Assembly: GCA_965242965.1 (NCBI GenBank)
Contig: OZ251518.1
Coordinates: 5,312,001-5,376,000 of the forward strand
Direction: 5' to 3'
DNA: 64,000 bases
Source of the DNA: Candidatus Poribacteria bacterium
Lineage (GTDB): Bacteria; Poribacteria; WGA-4E; WGA-3G
The notes under the pieces were generated by a model. The model was not told where the DNA came from. It was given only the letters and a program-made list of their open reading frames with translations, and searched no databases. A program made the translations under genes and the position numbers. Numbering within the stretch: position 1 is the first letter of the stretch; every line of letters begins with the position of its first letter. Of the stretch, positions 1 to 10,262 are shown piece by piece.

Positions 1-2354
1 AATTGCGCGTTCACACCGAATGCCGCATATTCGGCAGGGTAGGCAAAAGAGAGCGTTTCTGTCCGCTTTGCATTATCTTGCTCCCGCTGCGCCGTGACGA
101 GATATGCCCCACTCTCCGCTATCTGAAAGTTGCCGGCATAGCGCGTCGGTGTCAACTGTTGCATGGCGACAAGTTCGTGCGATGCATCCGGCTTGGCGAT
201 GTGAAGACGGTAGGCGGCGTGCGATGGCCGTTGCGTATCAATAACGGCTTGTCCTTTACCACTATGGGAGGATAGGGTGAGCTCAAAGTCAGCGTCGGCA
301 TCGTCCGCGGGGAGCGTCCAATTGACGACTTGTCCCCAAAAGCGTCCGAAGTGTTGCCATGGAATCCACTCCTTCGCCCAAGCGGGTTTGACATCCGATG
401 TCCAAGCGATGGATTTCCCTAAGCCAAAACGGCACCCCGCAAGAATTGGTTCGTCTTGATGTGAACGAATGAAGACTTGGGCACTCTCTTTCTCCGCTGT
501 TGCAATATAGCCGTGGAGCATGGGGAGGGAGCCAATGCCTTCCACAATCGGTGCATCAGGGATAGCTAAACGAGGCAGGAACGTTTCTTGCACAATGTAG
601 CGTTGCGTTTCTCGGACGGTTTCAGTCAAGACTGCGGGTAATTCTTGCACATTTTGCACGAAGACTGCATTTCCAGCGGCGGCTTCTGCAATTTCGGAGA
701 GGAGCGTTTTGTCGGCATCGCCTATCGCAATAGTCGTGATGCCGATGCGCGCCGCGGCGAGTTGCTTCGCTAAGTCGAGAAAATCGGAACGTTCCCCGAT
801 AGAATTCCCATCTGACAAGAGGACGATGTGTTTCCGTTTTGCGTCGGTAGTTTTGAGCATCTCACCGGCTTCTTGGAGGGCCGCGTGCATCATCGTCGTG
901 CCGCCGGTAGGACGGAGTGTGCCGACAGCACGGAGGAGCGCGCCTCTGTCGGCAGTGAGAGACGAGACGACGTGAACCGCCGTGTTGAAACCGAGGAGTC
1001 CCGCCGTGTCTTCTGTCTTCAGATTGCGAATGCCGGCGCGCACGCCTTCAATGGCGAGTTGGATTTTCTGGCGCGCGTTGACGTAATTCGCCATACTGCC
1101 GGAGGTATCAATCACAAAGAGCATCGCGAGGGAATCTTGCTGTTGGCGCGGTGTCATCTTGACTGGAAGGATACGTTCCAACGCTGTATCGGTATAACCC
1201 CCCGGGCCGAACGCCCGCGGGCCGCCGATAACGACTAACCCATGTCCAAGCACGCGGACATAATTGTCTAAGGTGTTTAACTGCTGTGTTGACAGTGCAT
1301 CAGCGGGGATGTTGCTGAGAATGAGCGCGTCACTCCGTTGGAGTGCAACCAATTCTGTGGGTATCTCTGCTGCAGAAAGGTGCTCAACAATAAACCCGTT
1401 TTCTTCCAAAACCTCTTTCAGCGGTTCGTTATAAGCCGGTTCGCCTTCCACATACAAGACATGCGGTTTATCCTGAATTTTGACAACGCCGTAGGCGTGA
1501 TTATTTTCAGGGATTGCATCGCTGACATTCAGTTTCAAGTGATAGGCATGGATGCCCTCCACTTTCACCTGTTGCACAGGCAGTTCAAGCACATGTCTGC
1601 CTTGCGGCAACGTCCATTCCGCTTCATGAATTGGAACGCCATTGTGTGAGAGTGTGGCTGTGAGCGTGGGGATGCTACCGTCGGTTGCAATAATTGCCTG
1701 TATGCGAAACCGTTGCGCTTTTCTCACCTGAGTCGGCATTTGCAGTTGATGCACCCGCAGCGCGTCTTGGACAGACTGCAGCGGCACTGTCAAAATGTCT
1801 ACGTTACTCGCTTTGAGCAGCGGCAGATAGTCGATGAGCGCGGTGCCGCTTGCATTATCAAGTCCGTCGCTAAAAATGACGATGCGGGGTTGGTGTGCAT
1901 CGACGAGCATCGCCATCGCGCGTTTGATTGCGGCGAGGATATCGGTGCCTTCGCCTGCGAACCATGCGTCGGTAGTGAGCGGCGGTTGTGCGGCTTTTGA
2001 ACGGAGCTCAAGCCAGACAGTGGGTTCCGCCGCGAAACCGATGAGTCCGAACCTGTCGGTGGGTTTCAACTTTGCGATGGCAGTGTTCATCCTGTCTAAC
2101 GCTTCGGCGCGCTGTTCCCTAGCGACGCTGTCGGATGTGTCCAGCAAAAAGACAATCGACAGGCGTTGTTCTCGGTGCGTTTTTTGCAGGTTCGCCAAGG
2201 CGAGAACGGCACAAAAGAGGGCACCCCCTCTGAGACAAAACGTCACCCATCGCCGCCATTTCGCGGCGGTGACGTTTGTCCCTCGTCGCGCGAGTATCAG
2301 CAGCGGCACGGCGGCTAGCAAAATCAAGAAGAGGGGATAGGTAACGTTAAACAT
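1..2354 (-). CDS. vWA domain / GATase1-like membrane protein (3' end runs off window)
   Basis: Not in ORF track because it has no stop in the window. Manual translation of both ends: from ATG 2354 MFNVTYPLFLILLAAVPLLIL...IVFLLDTSDSV (MIDAS DxSxS)...GTDILAAI...IVIFSDG; at the window edge ...YPAEYAAFGVNAQ in the same frame. Confidence 0.85.
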   Translation of the reverse strand, partial: MFNVTYPLFLILLAAVPLLILARRGTNVTAAKWRRWVTFCLRGGALFCAVLALANLQKTHREQRLSIVFLLDTSDSVAREQRAEALDRMNTAIAKLKPTDRFGLIGFAAEPTVWLELRSKAAQPPLTTDAWFAGEGTDILAAIKRAMAMLVDAHQPRIVIFSDGLDNASGTALIDYLPLLKASNVDILTVPLQSVQDALRVHQLQMPTQVRKAQRFRIQAIIATDGSIPTLTATLSHNGVPIHEAEWTLPQGRHVLELPVQQVKVEGIHAYHLKLNVSDAIPENNHAYGVVKIQDKPHVLYVEGEPAYNEPLKEVLEENGFIVEHLSAAEIPTELVALQRSDALILSNIPADALSTQQLNTLDNYVRVLGHGLVVIGGPRAFGPGGYTDTALERILPVKMTPRQQQDSLAMLFVIDTSGSMANYVNARQKIQLAIEGVRAGIRNLKTEDTAGLLGFNTAVHVVSSLTADRGALLRAVGTLRPTGGTTMMHAALQEAGEMLKTTDAKRKHIVLLSDGNSIGERSDFLDLAKQLAAARIGITTIAIGDADKTLLSEIAEAAAGNAVFVQNVQELPAVLTETVRETQRYIVQETFLPRLAIPDAPIVEGIGSLPMLHGYIATAEKESAQVFIRSHQDEPILAGCRFGLGKSIAWTSDVKPAWAKEWIPWQHFGRFWGQVVNWTLPADDADADFELTLSSHSGKGQAVIDTQRPSHAAYRLHIAKPDASHELVAMQQLTPTRYAGNFQIAESGAYLVTAQREQDNAKRTETLSFAYPAEYAAFGVNAQ

Positions 2355-2584
2355 TTTATTTTTTTACTATCCTTTTTGCTTGCCGATGTCTCTATACTAT
2401 CAAAACCGAAACAAAAGCATTGGAAATCGTCAGCCGTGGCCGTTTCCAAGAGTTTACAACGCATTGCGTTTTTTATCAACCAAAACCGGGTGCCGCGTGT
2501 CATATATAGCAGCAACGAAAACCGAACACGGTTCGGCTAACGTTTTTTTTTTGAAGAAATCTCCGTTTTTAGGTTACAGATACT

Positions 2585-3190
2585 ATGAAACACCGTTTGA
2601 ATCCGCTACCCGATTTAGATGAGCGGCTCGATCTTGTCGAAGAACAGGTGCGGCAGGCGCGCCGGAGCCTCAACCGACAAGTAGAAGAAGCACTCATCCC
2701 GCTTGATATTCAGGAGGATTACACCCTCTCGGAATTGCAAGGCGACGTGATGCTTGTTTCTATTGATGACGACTTGCATGACAAAATCGGCGAAATCCTT
2801 CGTTCTGAGGGGTATCCGTTTGATATCCCTGAACGCACCTCTGAGGCAATCGGGATGCTGAAACTGCGGAATTACCGCCTGGTCATCGCTGATTGCAGGC
2901 ATAGGCGACGTTCTCGCCTGTTTGACTATATTGAGCGGTATCAGCCGTTTGTCAAAACCATCACGATTGTGCCCAACCGCAGCAGGGCGCGTGAGTCAAT
3001 GACACGGGGCGGCTATAGTTTCCTCATGGGTAAAGATTTTAACCCGGAGCAACTGCGCACTTGTTTGGTAAGTTCGCTGCAGTTGCAACACCGCGTCTGC
3101 TGGCTGCTTGCACACGGCGAACCGTGCAACCGCTCCTGTGTTGATAGTTACCAATCCGATGAAGATTTCGGAGAAATTCAGGAACGGTAA
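2585..3190 (+). CDS. Atypical receiver (REC)-like domain protein with N-terminal helix and C-terminal Cys cluster
   Basis: VMLVSIDDD...LVIAD...MGKDF resembles REC beta1/beta3/K motifs; C-terminus CWLLAHGEPCNRSC. Confidence 0.6.
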   Translation: MKHRLNPLPDLDERLDLVEEQVRQARRSLNRQVEEALIPLDIQEDYTLSELQGDVMLVSIDDDLHDKIGEILRSEGYPFDIPERTSEAIGMLKLRNYRLVIADCRHRRRSRLFDYIERYQPFVKTITIVPNRSRARESMTRGGYSFLMGKDFNPEQLRTCLVSSLQLQHRVCWLLAHGEPCNRSCVDSYQSDEDFGEIQER

Positions 3191-3231
3191 GGGCGGCTAT
3201 TGTTCAAAGCCACCCCCCGTAAACGTCAAAT

Positions 3232-3735
3232 ATGGCAACAAACCTAGAATTCAAAGCCCGGTGTCAATCGCTGACAGCACTCCGACCAGGGTTAGAGAAG
3301 TTAAAAGCGACGCACCGCGAAACCGTCCACCAAGTGGATACCTATTTTCAGGCACCGAAAGGGAGGTTAAAACTGCGCGAAATCGTGGAGACAGACGAAG
3401 GCTGGCTCATTTACTACGAACGTCCGAATCAGCCAGAGTCGCGTTACAGTCAGTATCAACTCTGCGAAATTGCGGATTGCGCCGCCCTGAAAAACCTGTT
3501 AACCGCCGCGTTCGGCATCAAAACAGTTGTCGAAAAACGGCGCGAGCTCTGGATGTTTCACAATACCCGCATCCACCTTGATACTGTTGCTAACCTCGGG
3601 CAGTTTGTCGAATTGGAGACTGTTTTTCAAGGACAAACCGATGCCGAAGCAGTCAAAGAACATCAACACGTAAAAACAACGCTCAATTTAGACGCTGCGG
3701 AACCGATTGCGAGTTCCTACAGCGAGTTGAGTTGA
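3232..3735 (+). CDS. CYTH-domain protein (class IV adenylate cyclase / triphosphate tunnel family)
   Basis: N-terminal NLEFKAR, QVDTYF, RLKLRE, EKRRELW, IHLDTV..LGQFVELE motifs. Confidence 0.85.
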   Translation: MATNLEFKARCQSLTALRPGLEKLKATHRETVHQVDTYFQAPKGRLKLREIVETDEGWLIYYERPNQPESRYSQYQLCEIADCAALKNLLTAAFGIKTVVEKRRELWMFHNTRIHLDTVANLGQFVELETVFQGQTDAEAVKEHQHVKTTLNLDAAEPIASSYSELS

Positions 3736-3748
3736 GGGAGGACTTACC

Positions 3749-3973
3749 ATGGATTGTTCAATATACCGCGAACTTTTGGAGGCGCACACAAGCGTGGATA
3801 GCCACAAAAGGGACAAACTTATCCGCATCTACGCGCAGGTGCCTTCAGTGCCGAAACTCAAGGCGACCCGGGCAGCATTGGCAGCCTTGAAGACGGCGTT
3901 AAATCGGCGCAATGACGCGCCATTGCCGACAACGGCCATCCGGGTTTGGCTTGACGCGAAGCGTTTGGGATAG
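3749..3973 (+). CDS. Small hypothetical protein (74 aa)
   Basis: GGAGG RBS 7 nt upstream of ATG; follows CYTH gene in same orientation. Confidence 0.45.
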   Translation: MDCSIYRELLEAHTSVDSHKRDKLIRIYAQVPSVPKLKATRAALAALKTALNRRNDAPLPTTAIRVWLDAKRLG

Positions 3974-3975
3974 CA

Positions 3976-4250
3976 GTTCGTAGGGTGGGGGCCTGTCCCC
4001 CGCCATGCCATGACGACTCAATGGTTCGTAGGGTGGGGGCCTGTCCCCCGCCATGCCATGACGACTCAATGGTTCGTAGGGTGGGGGCCTGTCCCCCGCC
4101 ATGCCACGACTGCTCAGCAAATCAGGTCTGCGAGGGACAGGCCCTCGCACTACGATAATGCCGGTACGATTCGTAGGGCGGGGGCCTGTCCCCCGCCATG
4201 CCATGACGACTCAGCGAATCAGGTTTGCGAGGGACAGGCCCTCGCACTAC
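3976..4250. repeat. GTAG-type REP cluster (48-bp tandem units plus inverted REP pairs)
   Basis: gttcGTAGggtgggggcctgtcccccgccatgcc at 3976, 4024 and 4072 (period 48) and again near 4170; inverted partner gcgagggacaggccctcgcaCTAC twice; lies between convergent genes. Confidence 0.9.
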
Positions 4251-4276
4251 GAACGAGAGAAGGCTCGCCTTTCCCC

Positions 4277-5233
4277 TTACTCATCTCTCAATTGCGAAAG
4301 AACCGCTTGCACCAACAACGGAATCATCAACTCGTGATGTCCCGTGAACGTATACCCCTGTCCACCCATTTCTGTGGGACGTTTGACGACGTTCTCTACC
4401 GGCCGGTACTGCTGTTGCATATCAAAATTCGCAGTTGTAAAGTGAGATACTGTGTGCCCCAGGTTCCGTGCAATCGTCAACGCCTTTAAGAAAACTTCCG
4501 GCAGTATCACCGCCGAACCGAAGTTCAGCACAACGCCGCCGCCTTCAAGGTGCGTTATCATCTCTGTTAGCAGCCGAAAATCGGTGAAACTTGCTTCGCC
4601 GATGGCGGCACCGTTTGCGGAAGGATGCTGATGGATGATATCGGTGCCGATGGCGACATGGACTGTTATCGGCACATCGTGGTGAATTCCGGCGGCGAGG
4701 AGGCTATAATCGGTATAGGGCGCGTTTATCTCAATAAGCAGTTTGCCCAATGCTTCCCCCATCCCGATGCCGGTGTCAGCGGCGCGCTGGATAGCCTCAT
4801 TCATCAAGCGTCCTGTCTCTTCCCACATCCCGAATGTGCCGGTTTGTAGGTATGCGCCGACTTCCTCGGAAGTCTCGCCGATGAGTGCAATCTCAAAATC
4901 GTGGATGCTGCTTGCGCCGTTAAAGGCGAATCCGGTAATCACACCGCGCTTTGCCAGTGCAATCAGTAGTGGGCTCAACCCACACTTGATAACGTGCCCT
5001 CCCATCATCACGATGACAGGTTTCTGCCTTTGGTGTGCAGCTGCGATGGTATCAACGAGAGCCAAAAAATCGGGTGCCTTCAAAATGCGCGGGAGACTCT
5101 CCAAGAACAGGGATAAGTCTACCGATGTGCCCGGCACGGTTGCGAAATCGTGAATGGAGACTTTGTTGATGCGTTCTTGAAGAGGATAGGTAGTGACGGC
5201 GGATAAGTCGATTGGATTTGGACGTTTTTTCAT
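4277..5233 (-). CDS. Deoxyhypusine-synthase-like (DHS-fold) hypothetical protein
   Basis: MGGHVIKCG, NGASSIHDFE, HVAIGTDIIH, GSAVILPEVFLKAL, GHHELMIP motifs; ATG at 5233 overlaps upstream stop (ATGA). Confidence 0.7.
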   Translation of the reverse strand: MKKRPNPIDLSAVTTYPLQERINKVSIHDFATVPGTSVDLSLFLESLPRILKAPDFLALVDTIAAAHQRQKPVIVMMGGHVIKCGLSPLLIALAKRGVITGFAFNGASSIHDFEIALIGETSEEVGAYLQTGTFGMWEETGRLMNEAIQRAADTGIGMGEALGKLLIEINAPYTDYSLLAAGIHHDVPITVHVAIGTDIIHQHPSANGAAIGEASFTDFRLLTEMITHLEGGGVVLNFGSAVILPEVFLKALTIARNLGHTVSHFTTANFDMQQQYRPVENVVKRPTEMGGQGYTFTGHHELMIPLLVQAVLSQLRDE

Positions 5234-7581
5234 ACCAACCCCACTCGTTTCCGCACGAACCATTCCAACCCCAACATCGCCAGAAGGAGCCCGAAAATGA
5301 GCGGCATATCCCAGATATCCACATCCGTAATTGTTGAGGTAGCACTCTCCACGAGCGGAATTTGTTGGACGAGTTGCGATGCTTCTTCAAGCGGATAGTA
5401 TTTTCCGCCGCTTCCTTCAGCGAGTGCCTTGAGGAGCGCGACGTTGAGTTCCGCATTGCTGAATTCGGCATAAGAGGGTTTCACTTCAAAGAGACTTTGC
5501 TGTTCGCCGAGGGATTCGCCGTTCAGCGTGCCGGTCGCGATGACGGTATACTCGCCGTAGCGGTTGGGGATAAAGCGTGCCGAGTAGAGTCCATCTTCAC
5601 CGAGCACCTGCTCAAGACGTAGCTCTTTGCGCTTTCCCGTTTCATCGACAATTACGGCGCGGAGTTTCGCCTGATTTGTCGGTTCAAATTTCTTGTCTGT
5701 CGCCGTTACTTCGATGACTACGGGTTCTTTCAGCGTGTAAGCCGTTTTGGCGATGTCAAGTTTGAGATGTTCCTTTGGCGCGGTGGTGAGCCATTTCGCC
5801 ACCTGCCGCCAGAAGCGTTGGTAACTCTCGTCTTGATGCGATTGTAGCATCTGCCACCGCCACGAACTATTCGGCGTGAACACCATCACGCGCCCGGCGT
5901 TGTAGTTCTGCGTTGCGAGGAGAATCCGCTTGCCAAACTGATTTCGTTCAGTTGGATGTTCCGCCAAGACGAGTGCCCCCGGTTTAGCGCGTTTGACTTT
6001 ACTGTATCCGAGCAGCGGTTTTTGGCTTTCCCAGCGTGCCAGGTTTTCTACAGGCGTATCTGCCAACGCCATCAGCGGTTCAACTTTCCCATCCGGTGTC
6101 AATTGCAATTGGTAGCCTTCTCGCGAGGCGCGTCCTCGCGGTGCGGGCGGCGGTGGCGGCGAACCGAGCTCTAATTCTACCGGCAGGAGTTGTGCAATCG
6201 GCGTATTGAGATAAGATTCGGCGAGTTCGTGGTTGCCTAGTGATTCTGCGCCGCCGAGCATTAGCAAGCCGCCGCCTCGTGTTCGGACAAACTCTACCGT
6301 GTTCTCCAACTCCTGTTTCGTGAAATGGGTGGCGGCGACGTTGCCAATAATGATAGCGTCAAAATAGAAGAGTGCCTCTTTGGAATCGGGGTAGTAGTCG
6401 TTGAAAACTAGTTCGGTGCCTGTCTGGGTCCCGCCGTACTCGCTGTCGTTCTTTAAAAACCGGTCGGTGAGTTGGATGTTCGGATCTTCCCTGAGGGCGC
6501 GTTTGATATGTTTAAACTCTTGGCGCGGTTTGCCATCGACAAAGAGAATTTTCACGCGTTTAGAAGGCGCGACCTTCAGCAAAAACGTCTTAGTGTTATT
6601 TTGCGGCACCGCTTCGTCAACGTTAGTGTCAGGCAATACGTGCACCCCGTATCGCTGCGTCCCCGGTTGCCGCGGGGTAAACTTGATTGGGACACGGACA
6701 GTCCTTGTCTCTTTTGACGTGCCTTGCGGTTCCACTTTGTCCATGTCAACGGGGAGTGATGTCAGGATGCGTCCGTTGTTTGTTAATTGGAGGTTCACCT
6801 TTTTGCCTTTGTAGCCGCGTCGTTTCACGGTTGCCCACATCTCGACAGGGAAATCCTCTTCCGCCGTGCGCGGAACGTCGACTTTGACAAGTTCCAAATC
6901 GTCCGTGCCTGCCTCAGAACCGATGCCAACGGTATGGATAGGCAATTTCCGTTCGCGGGTTTGCAGTGCCAGTTTTGCGATGTCCGTGCCGCTCCTGTCT
7001 GCACCGTCTGTCAGTAGGACTACACCGGAGAGGGGGATGCCTTGGAGTTCATCGAGTGCCTCGTTGAGTGCGTTTGGGATGTCGGTGCTTTCGCCGTTTG
7101 CGTCTGTTAATGCCTCGCTAGGGATGCGTTTCGCTCCCGTATCAAATGCGAAGAGGCGTGCTTTGAATTTGGCGTTGAGTTGCGCTAGGAGTGCATCGCT
7201 ATCTTGGTTCTCCTCGCCAAACAGCAATTTGTTTGCGCGATGCAGGCGCGTTTCAGAACCGACAGCATCGGTAATCTGCATACTCTTGGAACTGTCTACC
7301 ATCACTAACAGATACGAGTCATCGGGGTTCGTATCGTAAATCGTGAGGAACGGCTTGAGCAGACAGAAAGCGAGAGCGCAAAGCACCAGCGCGCGGAAAA
7401 AGATGAGAACGCCTCGGAGGCCGCGACGCGTGCGGCCTCGCGTGCTCCGATATGCCCAGATTGTAGCGGCGAGTAGCACGCCGAGCAGGACGACAATCAG
7501 GAGCCCCGGCAAGGGAATTCCGAATGAGAAATCGCCTTCCCGAAAAACGTCGATGGGGTATTTCATAAATTTTTCAAACAT
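5230..7581 (-). CDS. Membrane-anchored vWA + glutamine-amidotransferase-like (DUF1355-type) protein
   Basis: N-terminal TM helices, DSSKSM MIDAS, LLTDGAD, GGGLLMLGG, WRWQ..YQRFWRQ, C-terminal EWFVRKRVGLV; the track's 81-aa extension to 7824 runs into a MITE. Confidence 0.85.
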   Translation of the reverse strand: MFEKFMKYPIDVFREGDFSFGIPLPGLLIVVLLGVLLAATIWAYRSTRGRTRRGLRGVLIFFRALVLCALAFCLLKPFLTIYDTNPDDSYLLVMVDSSKSMQITDAVGSETRLHRANKLLFGEENQDSDALLAQLNAKFKARLFAFDTGAKRIPSEALTDANGESTDIPNALNEALDELQGIPLSGVVLLTDGADRSGTDIAKLALQTRERKLPIHTVGIGSEAGTDDLELVKVDVPRTAEEDFPVEMWATVKRRGYKGKKVNLQLTNNGRILTSLPVDMDKVEPQGTSKETRTVRVPIKFTPRQPGTQRYGVHVLPDTNVDEAVPQNNTKTFLLKVAPSKRVKILFVDGKPRQEFKHIKRALREDPNIQLTDRFLKNDSEYGGTQTGTELVFNDYYPDSKEALFYFDAIIIGNVAATHFTKQELENTVEFVRTRGGGLLMLGGAESLGNHELAESYLNTPIAQLLPVELELGSPPPPPAPRGRASREGYQLQLTPDGKVEPLMALADTPVENLARWESQKPLLGYSKVKRAKPGALVLAEHPTERNQFGKRILLATQNYNAGRVMVFTPNSSWRWQMLQSHQDESYQRFWRQVAKWLTTAPKEHLKLDIAKTAYTLKEPVVIEVTATDKKFEPTNQAKLRAVIVDETGKRKELRLEQVLGEDGLYSARFIPNRYGEYTVIATGTLNGESLGEQQSLFEVKPSYAEFSNAELNVALLKALAEGSGGKYYPLEEASQLVQQIPLVESATSTITDVDIWDMPLIFGLLLAMLGLEWFVRKRVGLV

Positions 7582-7689
7582 TTTCGTATGTCGCGATGCG
7601 TTGTTCAGCTGCTTTTGTGCAGAGAAGGTTGTCTCCTCAGGCCGTCTTGACGATGTCAAGACTTGCATTTCTGGGCTAAGAAATTTAAT

Positions 7690-8259
7690 CGAGGGTGTTT
7701 CATATTTCAATGCACACCCATAGAAGAGCCCTCTGGTCTCGATGCAATATCCCTGTAGGAGAGCCCTCCCGGTCTCGATTTTTCCGTAGCGCGGGGGCCT
7801 GTCCCGCGCGTTGTCCATCGGCAAGATGCTGTCTTAAGTCCGTAGGACCTAAGAGCACGCGCGCCGTTTTTTTCGTTCTCTCCTCTCTGTAGTTTGTGAT
7901 CGCCTGATCACAAACGGGTCAAGATCAGGCGATCTTGACCTACAGGGGTGATGCGGTCTGACAGCAAAACGCTGGCGAGGGACACCCGCTCACCTGCGCG
8001 CGTGGTATGCGAGGGCCCAAGCCCTGCAGTGACGCACCGTTTTTTTTCCGTAGCGCGGGGGCCTGTCCCCCGTGAGCGTTGGATTGCGCCGACGCTGGCG
8101 AGGGGAACCCGCTCGGATGCGCGTGTGGCATGCGAGGGCCCAAGCCCTACGATGAAGGGGGGCTTTCTGCCGCCGCGGCCCCGGTAGGCGCGCCGGCCTA
8201 TTGCATCGAGACCGGGAGGTCTCTCCTACCGGGAAACCATCAATTATGAAACACCCTCA
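7690..8259. mobile_element. MITE-like element with REP cargo, 6-bp TSD TTTAAT
   Basis: Left (c)GAGGGTGTTTCATA, right TATGAAACACCCTCA; flanked by TTTAAT at 7684-7689 and 8260-8265; no credible ORF. Confidence 0.85.
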
Positions 8260-8260
8260 T

Positions 8261-9244
8261 TTAATCAGGCAAGCGGATGCGCTGGCCCGTGTTCGCGGAT
8301 TCGTGCAAGGCATCGATAACGCGCATATTGCAGAGCGCGTCTGAAATCGGTAGACGCTGCGGCGCGCCGGTTTCTATCACTTCACACAGATTCAGCATCT
8401 CGGCGGCATACGGGTTGATACCTTTGACGCTGAAAGTCTCGCCGTTCACCGTGAAATGCGATGTGTCCTCGCCGTTACCCCACGCCGTTTGGACAGAAAG
8501 CGTTCCATCTGTCCCTGCGACTTCGTAAGATTCGCGCCATGTCCACCCGAAACTGCAATCCAATTGTCCTGTGATACCGTCGCCGAAATCTAGCGTGCCG
8601 ATGAGCGTTTCCCAGACGTGGTTAATCGCCTCAAACTTGCCGGTAGCCCACGCGAATTTCGGTTCTTTCCCGACGAGATACCGGATGATATTGATACAGT
8701 AACATCCCAGATCCATGACGGCACCACCGCCGAGTTCGCCCCGAAGCCGCCAGTTTCGCCTATCCGTCAATCCGGTTGAAAACGTGGCGCGCGCGTATCG
8801 CACTTCCCCGATTGCGCCTTCCTCTATCTTCTCCTTCACCGCCAACGTCAGCGGATGATGCCGATACATAAAGGCTTCCATGATACGGATATTGGCGCGT
8901 TCCGTTACCTGAATCATCTGCTCCAGTTGCGTGGTGGTAACAGCGATAGGTTTTTCAACGAGGATGCCTTTGACACCACACCGCACCGCCTCCATCACAT
9001 TTTTGAGGTGACTGGCAGGCCAGGTTGCCACGAGGAGGACATCGGGTTGTTGTTTCTCCAGCATTTGTCGGAGCTCGTTATAGGTATTTTGGACGTTATA
9101 TTCGTTGGCAAAGCGGGCAAGCGGTTCAAATTTCTCATCGCACGCGCCAACGATTTCAATCTCCGGCACCTCGCGCCATGCGAGGCCGTGTGCATGTGAG
9201 ATGCCGCCACACCCGACAATTGCCACGCGGTATTTTGCGGACAT
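8261..9244 (-). CDS. Gfo/Idh/MocA family oxidoreductase
   Basis: VAIVGCGGIS Rossmann motif, VEKP, GGGAVMDLGCY. Confidence 0.9.
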   Translation of the reverse strand: MSAKYRVAIVGCGGISHAHGLAWREVPEIEIVGACDEKFEPLARFANEYNVQNTYNELRQMLEKQQPDVLLVATWPASHLKNVMEAVRCGVKGILVEKPIAVTTTQLEQMIQVTERANIRIMEAFMYRHHPLTLAVKEKIEEGAIGEVRYARATFSTGLTDRRNWRLRGELGGGAVMDLGCYCINIIRYLVGKEPKFAWATGKFEAINHVWETLIGTLDFGDGITGQLDCSFGWTWRESYEVAGTDGTLSVQTAWGNGEDTSHFTVNGETFSVKGINPYAAEMLNLCEVIETGAPQRLPISDALCNMRVIDALHESANTGQRIRLPD

Positions 9245-9266
9245 AATTTACCTCAGAAGGAACTGA

Positions 9267-10241
9267 CTAGCCGATTTCGGATACCGACACCGGCCGGTTT
9301 TCTTGTGCAGAACGGTTCGCCGCCAATGAAATCGCAAGGGTTTTGACAGCATCGCTATATGGACTCAGGATGCGCGCGTCGTTGCCGCTGCGCACCGCTT
9401 CTACAAAGACTTCATCAATAGTCGGGCTCGGCTCGGTTTTCTCGCTCCATTTTCCATCTTCGCGCACCGAAACTCGCGACGGATTCCAATTGAGCATTTG
9501 TGCGCCGTAGAAGACATCAAGAATGTTCGCGTTGGACCAGTCGCCGTCGTATGCCCATGTCGCTGTCAAAGCACCGATGGCACCACTCGCGAACTGCATC
9601 GAGACACTGTTGACATCGGGGCAATCCGTGGCTTTCAAAAACCGATTCGCCTGCATCGCGTAAACGGTGTCTACTTCGCCGCCCATGTAACGCATCATGT
9701 CAATAGTGTGCGTTGCTTGTTCGACCAGTTGGCCTCCCGATTTGTTCATTTGCCGCAGCCAAGCGTCCGGGTTTCCGTGCCCCGTGTTGCACCAATATTT
9801 GCCCACTAGCATGTTTAGCGAGGCGTTCCGTAAAATCTCGCGTGCTATCAGCGTGGAACCGAGATAACGGAGTTGATAGCCAACGCAGGTAATCAACCCT
9901 GCCTTCGCCACTTGTCCCTCAATTTCGCGGGCGATGTCCATGTTGATAGCCACGGGCTTCTCAACGAAAAAGGGTAACCCGCGCGCGATTACGTCAAGTT
10001 CCGGCTGCCCGTGCGCGAAAACCGGGAGGCTGAGATAGACTGCGTCTAAGTCCTCGCTTTCTAGCATCGCGTGATGCTCGGTATAGGGTTGCGCGTTGTG
10101 CTTTTCAGCTGCGCTTTGCGCGCGTTCGGGTTGAACGTCACACACGGCGACGATGCGCGCCCCTTCTAATTGGGTGAGTTGATTCATGTGGCCGTTGGCA
10201 TTGCCGCCACATCCGATAAATGCAATTTTAACGTCGCTCAT
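9267..10241 (-). CDS. Gfo/Idh/MocA family oxidoreductase
   Basis: IAFIGCGGNA, FVEKP, SGGQLVEQATH; likely start MSDVK at 10241 (track extension lies in MITE). Confidence 0.9.
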   Translation of the reverse strand: MSDVKIAFIGCGGNANGHMNQLTQLEGARIVAVCDVQPERAQSAAEKHNAQPYTEHHAMLESEDLDAVYLSLPVFAHGQPELDVIARGLPFFVEKPVAINMDIAREIEGQVAKAGLITCVGYQLRYLGSTLIAREILRNASLNMLVGKYWCNTGHGNPDAWLRQMNKSGGQLVEQATHTIDMMRYMGGEVDTVYAMQANRFLKATDCPDVNSVSMQFASGAIGALTATWAYDGDWSNANILDVFYGAQMLNWNPSRVSVREDGKWSEKTEPSPTIDEVFVEAVRSGNDARILSPYSDAVKTLAISLAANRSAQENRPVSVSEIG

Positions 10242-10262
10242 CAATGTCCATCCTACTTTTGT

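Noticed and set aside
3976-4250. CRISPR-like regular repeats
   Set aside because: The sequences between repeats are themselves identical, the unit is a GTAG-REP found throughout the window, and there are no cas genes.
3829-4489. Short ORFs with repeated peptides (MAGDRPPPY, RGPVPR), also at 7940-8187, 36156-36410, 40824-41027 and 50128-50367
   Set aside because: These are translations of REP/MITE DNA, with no RBS or protein-like features.
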